From the NCBI RefSeq assembly GCF_902713615.1, contig NW_024056018.1, forward strand, positions 1-62,178: a stretch of DNA of 62,178 bases. The letters are read 5' to 3'. The notes below the pieces were generated by a model. It did not search any database, was not told where the DNA came from, and saw only the letters and a list, made by a program, of their open reading frames with translations. Position numbers and translations under genes: made by a program. Shown piece by piece: positions 25,766 through 38,770 of the stretch (the first letter of the stretch is position 1; every line of letters starts with the position of its first letter). The stretch comes from Scyliorhinus canicula (Eukaryota).

Positions 25766-26713
25766 TTACTTGTGGCTTCGTTGGTGTCTCCGCAGGGAGG
25801 ATGACTGAGTGAATCCCTTCCCACACTGGGAGCAGGCGAATGGCCTCTCTCCAGTGTGAATTCGCTGATGTACAGTGAGGTGAGATGAGTGTCTGAACCC
25901 AGTCCCGTAGTGAGAGCACCTAAACGGTTTCAAGTCAGTGTGAATACGTTGATGGCTCATTAGATTCCCAGAACTTTTGTCGCACTTCCCGCAGTCTGGA
26001 CATTGAAACGGTCTCTCATCAGTGTGAACCCGCTGGTGTTTCAGCAGGTCAGATGACTTAGTAAATCCCTTCCCACACTGGGAGCAGGTGAACGGCCTCT
26101 CCCCAGTGTGAACTCGCTGGTGTATGGACAGAGTAGATGACTGAGTGAATCCTTTCCCACACTTGGAGCAGGTGAATGGTCTCTCCCCAGTGTGAACTCG
26201 CTGGTGCTGCTGCAGAGCGGATGACTGAGTGAATCCCTTCCCACACGGTGCAGGCAAATAGCCTCTCCCAGTGTGAATTCGCTGATGCACAGTGAGGTTA
26301 GATGATTTTCTGAACCCAGTCCCACAGTGAGAACACCTGAACGGTCTCTCCTCAGTGTGAACACGTTGATGGTGCATCAGATTCCCAGAACTTTTATAGC
26401 ACTTCTTGCAGTCTGGACATTGGAACGGTCTCTCATCAGTGTGAACCCACTTGTGTGTCTGCAGGTGGGATGACCGAGTGAAACCCTTCCCACACTTGGA
26501 GCAGGTGAATGGTCTCTCCCCAGTGTGACTGCGTTGATGAGTTGCCAGCTGGGATGAGGAAGTGAATCCTTTCCCATAGTCCACACATTTCCACGGTTTC
26601 TCCTCCGTGTGACTGCATTTGTGGCTTGTGAGGCCTGATGATCGAGTGAATCCTCGTCCTCACACACATGTGTACGGTTTCTCCCCACTGTGAACGATGC
26701 TTTTTCCTTCCAT
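25766..26713 (-). pseudogene. C2H2 zinc-finger gene, probable pseudogene (ZNF-B, paralog of ZNF-C)
   Basis: ATG at 26713 ([17 protein letters not shown]) hits an in-frame TGA at 26660-26662. Cys-to-Tyr changes in fingers (CVDY, CSHY) and a scrambled linker (GRGYLPAPC). Confidence 0.75.
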
Positions 26714-27114
26714 GTTTAAAGTACGATGATATTCAGGATATGATAAATTGAGGACTCTGTCAGATCCTGATGTGATGCTTGGTTTGAGTTTCCGGACTTT
26801 GAAGCCTCCCTTTCGAACACCCTGTGAAACTGATTAAAAAGAAAAAATAGAGAGTGAGAGAGAACCCACAAAAACACAAAGGCAGGTTGTGAAATTGAGC
26901 TGAATGAATCTGGTCATTTGTGGGGTCGGCTCTCGGACAAAGTGACCAAGAAAACTGCTGGATTGTCACAAAAACCCAACTGGCCTCTTTGGGAGGAGAG
27001 AGAAAGAGGTGAAGAAGGATTTTGTATATCTACAAGACATATTAAGAGAGGAGTTGGCAAAGCAAATTCGATCTGAGCTTCATCAAGTGTAATATCGATA
27101 GTGGAACTATGCAC

Positions 27115-27450
27115 CTGGTGGCACGGTGGTTAGCACTGCTGCCTCACGGCACCAGGGACTCGGGTTCAATTCCGGCCTTGGTGACTGTGTGGAGTTTGCA
27201 CTTTCACCCCGTGTCTGCGTGGGTTTCCACCCGGTGCTCAGGTTTCCTCCAGCAGTCCAAAGAAGGGCAGGTTAGGTGGATTGGCCTTGATAAATTGTCC
27301 CTTAGTGTCCAGGGATGTCCAGGTTAGGTGGGGCTATGGGGTTACAGGGACAGGATAGGGGTGTGGGCCTAGGCAGGGTGCCCTTGCAGAGAATCAGTGC
27401 AGACTTGATGGGCCGAATGGCCTCCTTCTGCACTATAGGAATTCTATGGT
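27115..27450 (+). mobile_element. HE1/V-SINE-like SINE; an equivalent copy sits at 34640-34978 in the duplicated ZNF unit
   Basis: Same head, body and tail at the same position upstream of ZNF-B and ZNF-C. Confidence 0.8.
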
Positions 27451-28265
27451 TCTAATTCTATTCTGTGAATCTTTATAAAGCTCGGGTGTAGAAGTCAACT
27501 ATTTCCTAACACACCTAATAGGTAAAAGATAGCTATTTAGGATCAATATTAAGCCCCAGTTTTACCCATTGAGGAAATGAAGAATTTCAACATTCTCATA
27601 ACCTCAGGTCATCTCAAAACATCCAGCTGACAAAACAGCATACTTTTTACTGTCCTAACGGTTTTCCAGAGACCCAAAATTAATATCTTTACTGTCCTAA
27701 TCATGTTCCGGAGTCACACAAATATTTTTTACTGTCCCAATGATTTTCTAGACACCCAGGTATGAATCTCACCAACGCAAAAGGTAAAATTTGAATTCAT
27801 TGAAAGTTTACTGATGACCATGAAGCCATTGCTGGTTGTTGTAAATATCCACCTGGTTCACTCCTGTCCTTCAGTGAAGGTATATCCATGATCTAGACGT
27901 TGGTGTACAGGGAACAATTTCAAAGTTTGCGGATGATACAAAACAAAAGTACTCAGTATCCTGGGATTTATTATTCTGCTGCACAGTGGTTAGCACCGCT
28001 GCCTCACAGCACCTGGGACCTGGGTTCAATACTAGCCTTGGGTGGCTGCCTGTGTGGAGTTTGCATGTTCTCCCGTGTCTGCATGAGTTTTCTCTGGGTG
28101 CTGCGGTTCCCAAAAATATCCATTGACCAGTCCTCTCTGTTTCCTATTACTCGGCCAATATTGTATCCATGTTGCTCCTGTTTCTTTTATTCCATGAACT
28201 ATAGCTTTGCTCACAAGTCTTTTGAAAGTCCATGTACACCACATCTGCAGCATTACCCCCCCTCA

Positions 28266-28429
28266 GGGGCTGGTTTAGCTCACCAGGCTAAATCGCTGGC
28301 TTTTAAAGCAGACCAAGCAGGCCAGCAGCACGGTTCAATTCCCATACCAGCCGCGCCGGAATGTGGCGACTAGGGGCTTTTCACAGTAACTTCATTGAAG
28401 CCTACTTGTGCCAATAAGCGATTTTCATT
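28266..28429 (+). mobile_element. SINE, full copy of the GGGGCTGGTTTAGC-head family (other copies ~37020-37215 -, 39567-39750 -, 52246-52424 +)
   Basis: tRNA-like head with B-box-like GGTTCAATTCCC and a recurrent 3' end GTAACTTCATTGAAGCCTAC..GTGACAATAAGCGATTTTCATT. Confidence 0.8.
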
Positions 28430-29789
28430 AACGCCTTTTGTTAGCTCCTCAAAAAACTCCAGCAAGTTAGTTAAACATTTTTAGAATTAACCTAAAGAAG
28501 GGTAAGTGCATGTTAGGGAGAAGGTTAATACTGTCAACATTCAGAACAACATAGACATTAAAGGAATAATTAATCTCAAAGACTATCTCTTGTAGTTTCT
28601 GTGACGGGGTTTGCTGACCCAAGTTTAAAGAACTTAAATGGTACATGTTTTTTAACTTAAATAATTCTACTTAAATCTGGATTGACTGGGAGGATTTGGA
28701 TCAGTGTGACAGTATTTCAGAACCAGTGTTCAGTCTACTCAGCAGCAGCAGGCTAAATCTCTCCTCAAAACCCACATTGATATAGTGGATCAGAAGGCAG
28801 AAGGACCTATTTCATTAACAGACAGGTCAGTAACCGGGGGGTAGAGATTTAGTATCTATTGGAAGGATTAGAGGGGAATTGAAGATTTTCTTCACCCAGG
28901 AGTGAGGTGGGGGTCTGGAACTCTGAAAGGGAGGTAGAGACAGAAACCCTCATCACATTTAAAGACACCCTGATGTGGAGTTTCTGTGACTTGCAGGGCA
29001 ACAGACCAAGAGGCAGAAAGTGGACTGGATAAACCATTTTCAGCTAACACAGACACAATGAGTTGAATGGCCTCCTCTGTGCTGTAAATTTCTAGGATTC
29101 TGTGATGACAAGTGATCCTCGAGTTTTTATCCAAGACAGACCTCAGCCCAGTCAGTTCCGCCAAGTGTTGGTGTGATGGATCAAGTTAAGAGGTGTCAGG
29201 TACCAGGAGCAGTGATTAAAATGGAAATATCAGTAAATCCTGCTATAGTTTATCTGTATGTGGTTCCATTTTAATAACTTCTCCTGAATGTGATCGTCAC
29301 CCTGGTTTTCATTTGATTTGATTTATTTCTAATAATCTTTATTGTCACAAGTTGGCTAACATTAACACTGCAATGACGTTACTGTGAAAAGCCTCTAATC
29401 CGCCACATTCCGGGCCTGTTTGGGTACACCGAGGGAGAATTCAGAATGTCCTAATTACCTAATTGCACGTCTTTCGGGGTTGTGGAGGAAACCAGAGCAC
29501 CCGGAGGAAACCCACGCAGCACAGGGAGAACGGGAAGACTCTGCAAAGACAGTGGCCCAAGTCAGGAATTGAACCTGGTGGTGTGAAGCAACAGTGCTCA
29601 GCACTGTGCTGCCCACACTGCTGGCCTTGCTTTGCATCATATAAAAATTGTCAATACATCTGGTTCAAAACAGAATTTCAGGTCTTAATGTCTTGTTTGA
29701 TTTTACTTTGCTGTGTTTAAATCCTCCCCTTGTAACCTCCTGTAAAAGGAGTTTCCAGAATCTATTACTGTCAGTCCTGCTGAGTGGAC

Positions 29790-30520
29790 AGGGATCACCG
29801 CGCATGCGCCCTGCTGCACCATATGAGGATGGTGGTGGTTAACTGGGGAAAGGCTTTGCAGGAAAACCTTCCCACTCGGTGCAAACTGGGGAGCAGTAAT
29901 TTCTTGTTTTAGCTTTGAGGCCCCCACTGGGTGTGTGAAGCCTCCCCTCCCACCCACTGCCCCTAACGCTGCCTCCGCCTATCCGCCTCCTTCCCGCCTG
30001 AAGATGAGACAATCAAGCGTCTGTCCCTGGACATGAGCCGCACTGCGCATGCTCCACATCACAATGCCCTGGGGAGTGATTGACGGCAGGTCCAGACCAA
30101 TAGGAAGAGGGGGCGTGACTGGAGGACCGAGCAGGAACGGCTGGTTCGCCAACCAATCAGAGTGAATAAGGGGCGGGGCTGATCGTGGACCTCCCTTATT
30201 GGCTGAGACTCCGCATAATTTTTTCTTCCTGTTGGCCACGTGAGGTGGGTTCCAGAATCTCATTTCCTGCGTGAGAGGTGTTGACCAATGGGAAGACTTG
30301 GAGGATCGGATGGACTCTGGTCCTCCAGCCAATCAGACTGTGGGCTTTGAGTGATTGAAGATTGAGCTTCACACAGACTAAAACTTCTTCCTGAGTCAAA
30401 CTTTTGAATAAAACAGTTTCTTTCCACTTCAATGGACTTTTTTTAAGAGTTCATTGACCCTTCTACAGAACTCTTACAACAAGGAACAACAAACGTTAAC
30501 TCTGTTTCACTCGCCACAGA
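29790..30520. promoter_or_regulatory. CpG-rich promoter module upstream of ZNF-B
   Basis: GCGCATGCG, CCAATCAGAGTGAAT, GGGGCGGGGC and GTGATTGACGGCAG, all shared with the other modules. Confidence 0.6.
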
Positions 30521-31191
30521 TGTGGCATGGTCGCACAGTGGTTAGCACTGCTACATCACAGCACCAGCGACCTGGGTTCAATTACAGCCTGGTGTGACTG
30601 TGGCATTTGCACGTTCTCCCTGTGTCTGTGTAGGTTCCCTCCGGGTGCTCCAGTTTTCTCCAAAGATGTGCAGGTTGGGTGGATTGACCATGCTAAATTG
30701 CCCGTTAGTGTCCAAAAAAAGGTTAGGTGGAGTTACTGGGTTACCGGGATAGAGTGGAGGCATGGTCTTAAATAGGGTGCTTTTCCAAGGGCCGATGCAG
30801 GCTCAATGGATGGAATGGCCTCCTTCTGCATTGTAAATTCTCTGGTTCTGGAGGATTTTCTCTCACAGTTTGATCCGATGTGTCTGTCTGCTGGTATTTT
30901 CCGGCAGTAGCAAAGTGGTTAGCACTGTTGCTTCACAGCGCCAGGATTCTGAGTTAAATTTGCGTTGGGTCTGCACGTCCATCCTCGTCTGTGTGGGTTT
31001 CCTCCAGGTGCTCCGGTTTCCTCCCACAAGTCCAGAAAGATGTGCTTGTTAGGTAATGTGGACATTTTGAATTCTCTCTCCGTGTACCCGAACCGGCACC
31101 GGATTGTGGCGACTAGGGGCTTTTCACGGTAACTTCATTGCACTGTTAATGTCAGCCTACTTGTGACAATAACAAAGAATATTATTAATAC

Positions 31192-32215
31192 GTGTTTGGG
31201 TATTTTAGAGAGCAGCTAGACCCTCCTTGGTTCTACCTGTTATCCCCTCAGCTATTCCATCTGTTTTGGTTAATGTGTCTGGACTCTGAGTTCTTCCAGT
31301 CTGTCTCCAATTCTCCTTCCTGTCTCGTGTACAGGGCCGGCTCAAGGCACCGGCAACTCGGGCAGTCGCCCGGGGCGCCATGTGCTAGGGGGCGCCAGAC
31401 TCGGGTCCCGCGCATGCGCAGTTGGGCCGGTGCCAACCAGCTCATGCGCGGTGGCCGCCCTCCCCCAGGGCGGCCCCGCCCCCCCGCCAGTCCGCCCCCC
31501 ACCTCGGGTCCGCCCCCCGCCCCGCCCTCGGGTCCGCCCCCCGCCCCGCCCTCGGGTCCGCCCCGCCCTCGGGTCCGCCCCCCGCCCCGCCCTCGGGTCC
31601 GCCCCGCCCTCGGGTCCGCCCCCCCCGCCCCGCCCTCGGGTCCGCCCCGCCCCGCCCTCGGGTCCGCCCCGCCCTCGGGACCGCCCCCCCTCGGGTCCGC
31701 CCCCCCCTCGGGTCCGCCCCCCCAGGCCCCCATTCGGGTCCGCCCCCCCTCGGGTCCGCCCCCCTCGGGTCCGCCCCCCCCCCCCGTCCCCCCTCGGGTC
31801 CGCCCCCCCGCCCCCTCCTCGGGTCCTCCCCCCCCGCCCCCTCCTCGGGTCCTCCCCCCCCCATGCCTCCCCCTCGGGTCCGCCCCCCCGCCCCTCCTCG
31901 GCCCCGCCCCTCCTCGGCCCCACCCCCCCGCCCCTCCTCGGCCCCTCCCCTCCTCGGCCCCCCACAATGCCCCCCCATGGCCCCGCCCCTCCTCGCCCCC
32001 CCCCCCATGCCCCCCCCCCCCCCCAAGGGCGCCGAAGTTCAGCTTGCCCGGGGCGACAGCAACCCTAGGGCCGGCGCTGCTCGTGTATATGGGTCCAGGT
32101 AGCTTGGTGTTGTCATTTGTGTTGTCTAGTTGTCTGTCTGACGCCAGCAGGTAGTGTTGTCTCTCGATAATGACTGTGCTGCTACCCTTGTCTTCTGGTT
32201 TTATGAACATATCCG
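31192..32215 (-). mobile_element. Penelope-like RT fragment split by the hAT MITE
   Basis: Peptide IKPEDKGSSTVIIERQHYLLASDRQLDNT resembles the IKPADKG motif upstream of Penelope-like RTs. Confidence 0.55.
31332..32079 (+). mobile_element. hAT-type MITE with internal GC-rich VNTR (copy 1)
   Basis: Imperfect TIRs CAGGGCCGGCTCAAGG / revcomp CAGCGCCGGCCCTAGG. Perfect 8-bp TSD CTCGTGTA at 31324-31331 and 32080-32087. Confidence 0.92.
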
Positions 32216-32299
32216 TGTTGGATCCAAGCCCACGAATTGTCTGCCTTTCTCTCTGGGTAAGATTCTGTTTGTCTCTTGTATTTCACTGTGACAGGGCAA

Positions 32300-32870
32300 A
32301 GACCTGATTGAAGGGATTCAAACATGGGAGTTCTGGGAAAGATGGGCAAGGATTTGGGAGGTGACAACATGTTCAAAGAATTTGGAGAGGAGAGGGAGGT
32401 TGAAGATGGGGCAGTAATTTGTAAGGATGGCATGGTCAAGGGTTTGTTTTATTGAGGAGGGGGTGATGATGGCAGATTTGAAGGACAGAGGGATAGTACC
32501 TGGAGAGAGAGAAATATTGACAATATCCGTGGACACAGGGTAGTTGGCTGATCAGTAGCTTAGTGGGAATAGGGTCGATGGAGCAGGAGCTGGGTCTCAT
32601 GGACAAGATGAGCTCGGAGAGGGCATGAGGGGAGATGGGAGAGAAAGTAGTGAAAGATGTGAGTTCAGGACTCGGGAAAGGATTACTTTTGAGACAGTTT
32701 GGTCCGGTGGGCTCGTGGAAGGGAGGGAAGCAGCAGAGGCAGTTGATCGGATTTACTCGATCTCAGTCACAAAGAAGCTCCACACGCTCCTCACACTTCT
32801 TGCTGGAGGTGAGGATGGAAGAGACAGGGGAGAGCGAGAGAACTTCAAAAGGAACTAACTTGTGTCAGAA
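32300..32870 (-). mobile_element. L2-clade LINE fragment
   Basis: Peptide NISLSPGTIPLSFKSAIITP...NYCPIFNLPLLSKFFEHVV. Confidence 0.7.
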
Positions 32871-33041
32871 TAATTAAAAAGTTTCAACACACTGCGTATT
32901 TAACACAAATCTAATTTATTTGACTTTTAGGCAGAATATTAGCCCCTGTAAATGGGCTGGAGTTTGTTATCAGCAGAAAGAGACCCAAATGAACATGGTT
33001 CAGTTCTGAATGTGAAGAACAGCAAAATCCAATCACTGTGG

Positions 33042-34247
33042 TTACTTGTGGCCTCGTTGGTGTTTCAGCAGGTTGAAAGACTGAGTGAATCCCTTCCCAA
33101 ACTTGGAGCAGGTGAACGGCCTATACCTTGCGTGAATTCGCTGGTGCATTTGCATGTTGGATAACTGAGTGAATCCCTTCCCACACTTGGAGCAGGTGAA
33201 TGGCCTCTCCCCAGTGTGAATTCGCTGATGTGCAGTGAGGTCAGACGATCGCCTGAACCCAGTCCTGCAGTGAGAGCACCTGAATGGTCTCTCGTCAGTG
33301 TGAACACGTTGATGGCTCATCAGTTCCCCAGAACTTTTATAGCACTTCCCGCATTCTGGACATTGAAACGGTCTCTCATCAGTGTGAACTCGCTGGTGAC
33401 TCAGCAGGTTGGATGACCGAGTGAATCCTTTCCCACACTGGGAGCAGGTGAATGGCCTCTCCCCAGTGTGAACTCGCTGATGTTCAGTGAGGTCAGACGA
33501 TCGCCTAAACCCAGTCCCGCAGTGAGAGCACCTGAATGGTCTCTCGTCAGTGTGAACACGTTGATGGAGCATCAGTTCCCCAGAACTTTTATAGCACTTC
33601 CCGCAGTCTGGACATTGAAACGGTCTCTCATCAGTGTGAACTCGCTGGTGATTCAGCAGGTTGGATGACTGAGTGAATCCTTTCCCACACTGGGAGCAGG
33701 TGAATGGTCTCTCCCCAGTGTGAATTCGCTGATGTTCAGTGAGGTCAGATGATCGTCTGAACCCAGTCCCGCATTGAGAGCACCTGAACGGTTTCTCATC
33801 AGTGTGAACACGTTGATGGCGAATCAGATCCCCAGGACTTTTATAGCTCTTCACACAGTCTGGACATTGGTACGGTCTCTTATCAGTGTGAACCCGCTGG
33901 TGACTCAGCAGGTGGGATGAAATAGTAAATTCCTTCCCACACTTGGAGCAGGTGAATGGTCTCTCCCCAGTGTGAACTCGCTGGTGTCTCAGCAGGTGGG
34001 ATGAATTAGTAAATCCCTTCCCACACTTGGAGCAGGTGAATGGTCTCTCCCCAGTGTGACTGCGTCGATGAGTTTCCAGCAGGGATGGGTAAGTGAATCC
34101 TTTCCCACAGTCCGCACATTTCCAGGGTTTCTCCTCGCTGTGACTGCATTTATGGCTTGTGAGGCCTGATGATCGAGCGAATCCTCGTCCACACACACAA
34201 CACGTGTACGGTTTCCCCGCACTGTGAAAAATGCTTTCATGTTCCAT
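33042..34247 (-). CDS. C2H2 zinc-finger protein, 401 aa, 13 intact fingers plus 1 degenerate (ZNF-C)
   Basis: Uninterrupted ORF from ATG ([16 protein letters not shown]). A three-finger (252-bp) unit occurs about three times. Confidence 0.92.
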   Translation of the reverse strand: MEHESIFHSAGKPYTCCVCGRGFARSSGLTSHKCSHSEEKPWKCADCGKGFTYPSLLETHRRSHTGERPFTCSKCGKGFTNSSHLLRHQRVHTGERPFTCSKCGKEFTISSHLLSHQRVHTDKRPYQCPDCVKSYKSPGDLIRHQRVHTDEKPFRCSQCGTGFRRSSDLTEHQRIHTGERPFTCSQCGKGFTQSSNLLNHQRVHTDERPFQCPDCGKCYKSSGELMLHQRVHTDERPFRCSHCGTGFRRSSDLTEHQRVHTGERPFTCSQCGKGFTRSSNLLSHQRVHTDERPFQCPECGKCYKSSGELMSHQRVHTDERPFRCSHCRTGFRRSSDLTAHQRIHTGERPFTCSKCGKGFTQLSNMQMHQRIHARYRPFTCSKFGKGFTQSFNLLKHQRGHK

Positions 34248-35494
34248 GATATTCCGGATATGATAAATTGAAGTCTCTGTCAGATCCTGATGTTATGCTT
34301 AGTTTGAGTTTCCGGACTTTGAAGCCTCCCCTTCGAACACCCTGTGAAACTGATTTAAAACAGAAAATAGGGAGTGAGAGAGAACCCACAAAAACACAAA
34401 GGCAGGTTGTGAAATTGAGCTGAATGAATCTGGCCATTTGTGGGGCCGACACTGGGAAAAAGTGACCATGAAAACTGCTGGATTGTCATAAAAACCCAAC
34501 TGGCCTCTTTGGGAGGAGAGAGAAAGAGGTGAAGAGGGATTTTGTATATCTACAAGCCAGATTAAAGAGAATAGATGGCAAAGCAAATTCGATCTTGAGC
34601 TTCATGGACAGTAATATTGATGCCAAAACTATGCTTCTGGTGGCACGTGGTTAGCACTGTTGCCTCACAGTGCCAGGGACCTGGGTTAAATTCCGGCCTT
34701 GATGACTGTGTGGAATTTGCACTTTCTCCCCATGTCTGCGTGGGTTTCCACCCGGTGCTCAGGTTTCCTCCAACAGTCCAAAGAAGGGCAAGTTAGGTGG
34801 ATTGACCTTGATAAATTGCCCCTTAGTGTCCAGGGATGTGCAGGTTAGGTTGTGCTGTGGGGTTACAGGGACAGGGTAGTGGTGTGGGTCTAGACAGGCT
34901 GCCCGTCCAGAGAGTCGGTGTAGACTCGATGGGCTGAATGGCCTCCTTCTGCACTGTAGGAATTCTATGGTTCTAATTCTATTCAATGAATCTTTCTAAA
35001 GCTCTGGTCACCACTCTTCAGGAAGAATGTGAAGGTTCTTGGAGAAGGGGCAGAAAATTGCCAGAATGGTTCCAACAAAGGAGGTTGAGGGGAGATTTGA
35101 TTCAGGTCCACAAGATTACGCGAGGTTTCCATCGGGTGGACAAAGAAACTCTGTTTCCATTCACTGATCGTACGAGCACTAGGTAGACAGATTTAAAGTT
35201 TTGGGTAAAAGCTGGATTGATCTATATAAGATCCTGAGGGGTCTTGACAAGTTTGATGTGGAGAGGATGTTTCCTCTTGTGGGAGAATCGAGAACGAGGG
35301 TATCACTGTTGCAAAATAAGGAGTCACCCATTTCAGATGGAGATGAGGATTTTTTATTCTCGAGGGTTGTAAAACTTTGGAAATCACGTCCTTAAAAGGC
35401 AGTAGGAGCAGAGTCCTTGAATCTTTTAAGGCAGAACTGGATAGATTCTTGATGAGCAAGGGGGTGAAAGGTCATCAGGGGTAGGCAGGAATGT

Positions 35495-36530
35495 GGAACT
35501 GAGGTTAGAATGAGGTCAGCCGCAATCTTATTGAATGCTGAGTAGGCTCGAGGGGCCGAGTGGCCTGATCCTAGTTTGTATGTAAAAGGTACAGGAGATA
35601 TGAGGTGATATGAGATATATGTTTTTACACAGCGAGCGGCAATGACCTGAAACTTGCTGCCGATCAGGGAGTTTGAAACAGGACACAATGAATATTTGGA
35701 TTTGTAAAAGGAAATTGGATTTGAGGGAAATAAACCTGCAAGAATAAAGGGATAGAGGCAGGAGAATGGCGACTGACTGGATTGCTCCAGTGAGCTAGCA
35801 TGGATTCAATGGGCCGCATGCCATTCTCTGTGCCATCATGTCTCTGACTCGTTTGTGTCATCTAGTTTTGTAATTTAACCCCAGAGGGTTCAGATATCAC
35901 TCAGGTAAATCTGTGCTACACTCCCTCCGAGGCCATTCTATCCTTCCTCAGGCTTGTTGCCTGGAACTGAACACAGTTCTCCAGGTTTGGTCTAACCAGG
36001 GTTTGTGAATCTCGGGGCTTTTCCAGTCACACTGAGACCTGAAATCTTCCCTCACAGACAGAACAGACAAACCTTTTACCTTCCACACCCAGATGCTGCT
36101 GAAATTCAGTTTCTAATGAATCGAGTGACTCTGTCAGATCACGATGTGACGTTTGGTTTGCGTTTCCCGTCTGTTAAACCTCCTCTTCCAGTATCCTATA
36201 AATTTACAGAAACCTCACTGTCAGTTTAGGATAGAAATTCACAACATTCTCTCCTCGCCAACTTTGATTAAATGTATTCCTGGAGGTTTGATCACATGAC
36301 CTGTCCCCATCCTCCAGCCATTAATCGGTCAACACATCCATCCTTGTGACACACTGCCTTCCTCGGCCAATTGGGAAGCAAAAGGACTCATTACCTTACA
36401 GGACAGTGATTGACTGTCAGCCAATCAACCTTTATCCCATTTTCAATATCTGAAGAGAAATATTCAAAAATCTTCTTTACTGTCCCAATGATTTTCTCGA
36501 CACCCAGGTATGAATCTCACCAAGGCAGAA
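35495..36530 (+). repeat. ~1 kb segmental duplication, copy 1 (CR1 ends plus relic of a ZNF exon start)
   Basis: Collinear high similarity to 49610-50545, including CCTTTTACCTTCCACACCCAGATGCTGCTGAAATTC. Confidence 0.85.
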
Positions 36531-38089
36531 GGTAAAATTTGATTTCATTCAAAGTTTACTGATGACAATGGAACCATTGTCGATTGTTGCAAAGACCCAT
36601 CAGGTTCACTCCTGTCCTTCAGTGAAGGAAATCTTCTATCCACACCTGGTCTGGCCTACATGTGATTCCAGATCCACAGTCAGCTGGTTGACTCTTAAAA
36701 TGCTCTGAGATGCACTCAGTTCAAGGGCAATTAGGGATGGGCAGTGAATGCTGGCCCAGCCAGCGACACCCACATCCCGGGAATGAACAGAAAAGAAAAT
36801 CTGCCATCCTTACCTGGTCTGGCCGAACATGATTCCAAACCATAGCAATGTGGTTGACTCTTTAAATGCCCTCCGAGATGGCCAAGCCAGCCACTCGGTT
36901 TGAGGGAAATTAGGGATGGGCAATAAATGTTGGCCCAGCCAGTGGACTCACCACAAATGAATAAATACAATCCTGGAGACTCCAGTCAGTCAATCCGGGG
37001 CTAATTGGCATCCGGTCCAGACTCGCAGCGCATAATAATAATAATAATCATGTATTGTCACAAGTAGGCTTCAATGAAAGTTACTGTGCAAAGCCCCTAG
37101 TCACCACATTCCAGCACCTGTTCAGGGAGGCTGGTACGGGAATTGAACACGCGCTGCTGGCTCTGTTCACATACAAGCCAGCTGTCTTAGCCCACTGTGC
37201 TAAACCCAGCCCCTTCCCTGCGGCGCATTGTCCTCTGTAAAGATGGCGGCTGGTAACCCGGGTCTGTTACCGCTCGCTCTCACTCTGTTCAGTGCCGTCT
37301 CAAGAAATTTTTTTTTAAACCATTAACATTTTATTCGGGGGTTGAAGCCTCCCGGCTCACTCTGCAGCTTCTATTGCTCCCCGGCAATTGATTCTTGGAG
37401 GAGGACTTCAATGTGTTCTGGGCCCTAAATGGACTGGTCCAAGCTGATTCAACCACAACCAAAAACATGAAAAAGGAATGAAACCAGACGGACCACACCC
37501 AGCATCGACCCAGGCACCAGAAACAACAACGGCAAACCCAGCAAAAGATTTTTAGAAACTGTTTCCATCAGTAGATTGTATAAGGATTACGGGACACAGA
37601 TTTAAGATTGTGAACAAGAGCTACAGGGGAGATAGGAGGTAGACATTTTATACAGTGAGTGATAATGATCTGAACTCAATGCTTACACACAAAGGTTGAT
37701 AATCTCCAGGTCCCGGTAACCCAAATGGCGCTGTCAGAATTTGATGTGAGGATTGGTTGTGAGTTTCCTGTCTGCGAATCTCTTTCTAAGCCCCTGTGAA
37801 AGAAGTTTACAAAGGCATCACTGTCAGTCCAGAAATAAAATTCAGGAAAGATAAAATTTCTCCCGGTTGAATTTTGCTGTGTGTAAATCCTCACCTACTA
37901 ATCCCCTGTAAAAGGAGTTTACAAAATTAATCACTGTTAGTCCAGGATAGAAATTTACAACATTCTCCCCTCCTGCTTATGGGTCCAGGATGACGCTCAT
38001 AACCCCCCGCTGCGCACTGACCCTCGTTATCATCAGCAGTCCCTCGATTTGTGGGTGACGTCTACTACTCAGGGTTGTGAATTTCTATC

Positions 38090-38325
38090 CTGGGTCTTCA
38101 TGTGACTGAACAGAGCCGCAGAGCTTTGGACACATGGGACAGGATTTCTCATAAGACAATGGAATCTGGAGAGCAGGATTGGCTTCCTTTTCTTTCCATC
38201 TCTGCCACCGTTTTGCATCATCAATAAGACATTGGGACTCAAAGACTAATCCAGTTTGATGGACAAGTTGTCTCCATTCTGAACAATGGGGAACAAGCTC
38301 CTCCCACTCATTGAAACATCGCCCC
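38090..38325 (-). mobile_element. RTE-clade LINE 3' fragment
   Basis: Peptide WEELVPHCSEWRQLVHQ...AKRWQRWKEKEANP resembles the RTE C-terminus. Confidence 0.55.
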
Positions 38326-38329
38326 GACA

Positions 38330-38770
38330 AAGATGAGAAACGCGCATGCGCCCTGATGCACATCTAAGAAAGATGGCGCCCGTAACCCGAACTGAAATGA
38401 GGAGCTGCAGCTCCGCTCTGTACAAAGGGGGTCCTGGAAACTGTTTTCCGAGGATGCAGCTTACAACAGCTTGACACCAACGTTTCCGCCCCCCCCGCGA
38501 TCTCTCGCTGCCTCCATATTGTTAAACGCCCTGTTAACAATTCGAATCTGAACAACACGTTCGTCTCCTTCGCCAATACCCACACTGCGCATGCGGGCAG
38601 CGGGCCCCGCACCACATTCATTCCGATTGGTTGGACGACCAGCCGCTCCCGGTCGGGCCTCTACTCCCGCCCCTCATCTTCCTATTGGTCGAGAGCTGCC
38701 GTCAATCACCCGGGCATTGTGACGCTTCCAGATGGTGAGAGCGGCCACAGGCTCAGGCTGACTCGCTGAT
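38330..38770. promoter_or_regulatory. CpG-rich promoter module upstream of ZNF-C
   Basis: GCGCATGCG twice, AAGATGGCG, GATTGG, CCCGCCCC and CTGCCGTCAATCAC. Confidence 0.6.

Noticed and set aside
31192-32210. Long Pro-rich and Gly-rich ORFs (up to 320 aa) on both strands
   Set aside because: They are stop-free translations of the GC-rich VNTR inside the hAT MITE, not genes. The same applies at 55724-56322.
36560-36980. Two tandem partial SINE-like segments, possibly Deu-domain SINEs
   Set aside because: The family assignment rests on recall only and needs a Dfam search. Not claimed.
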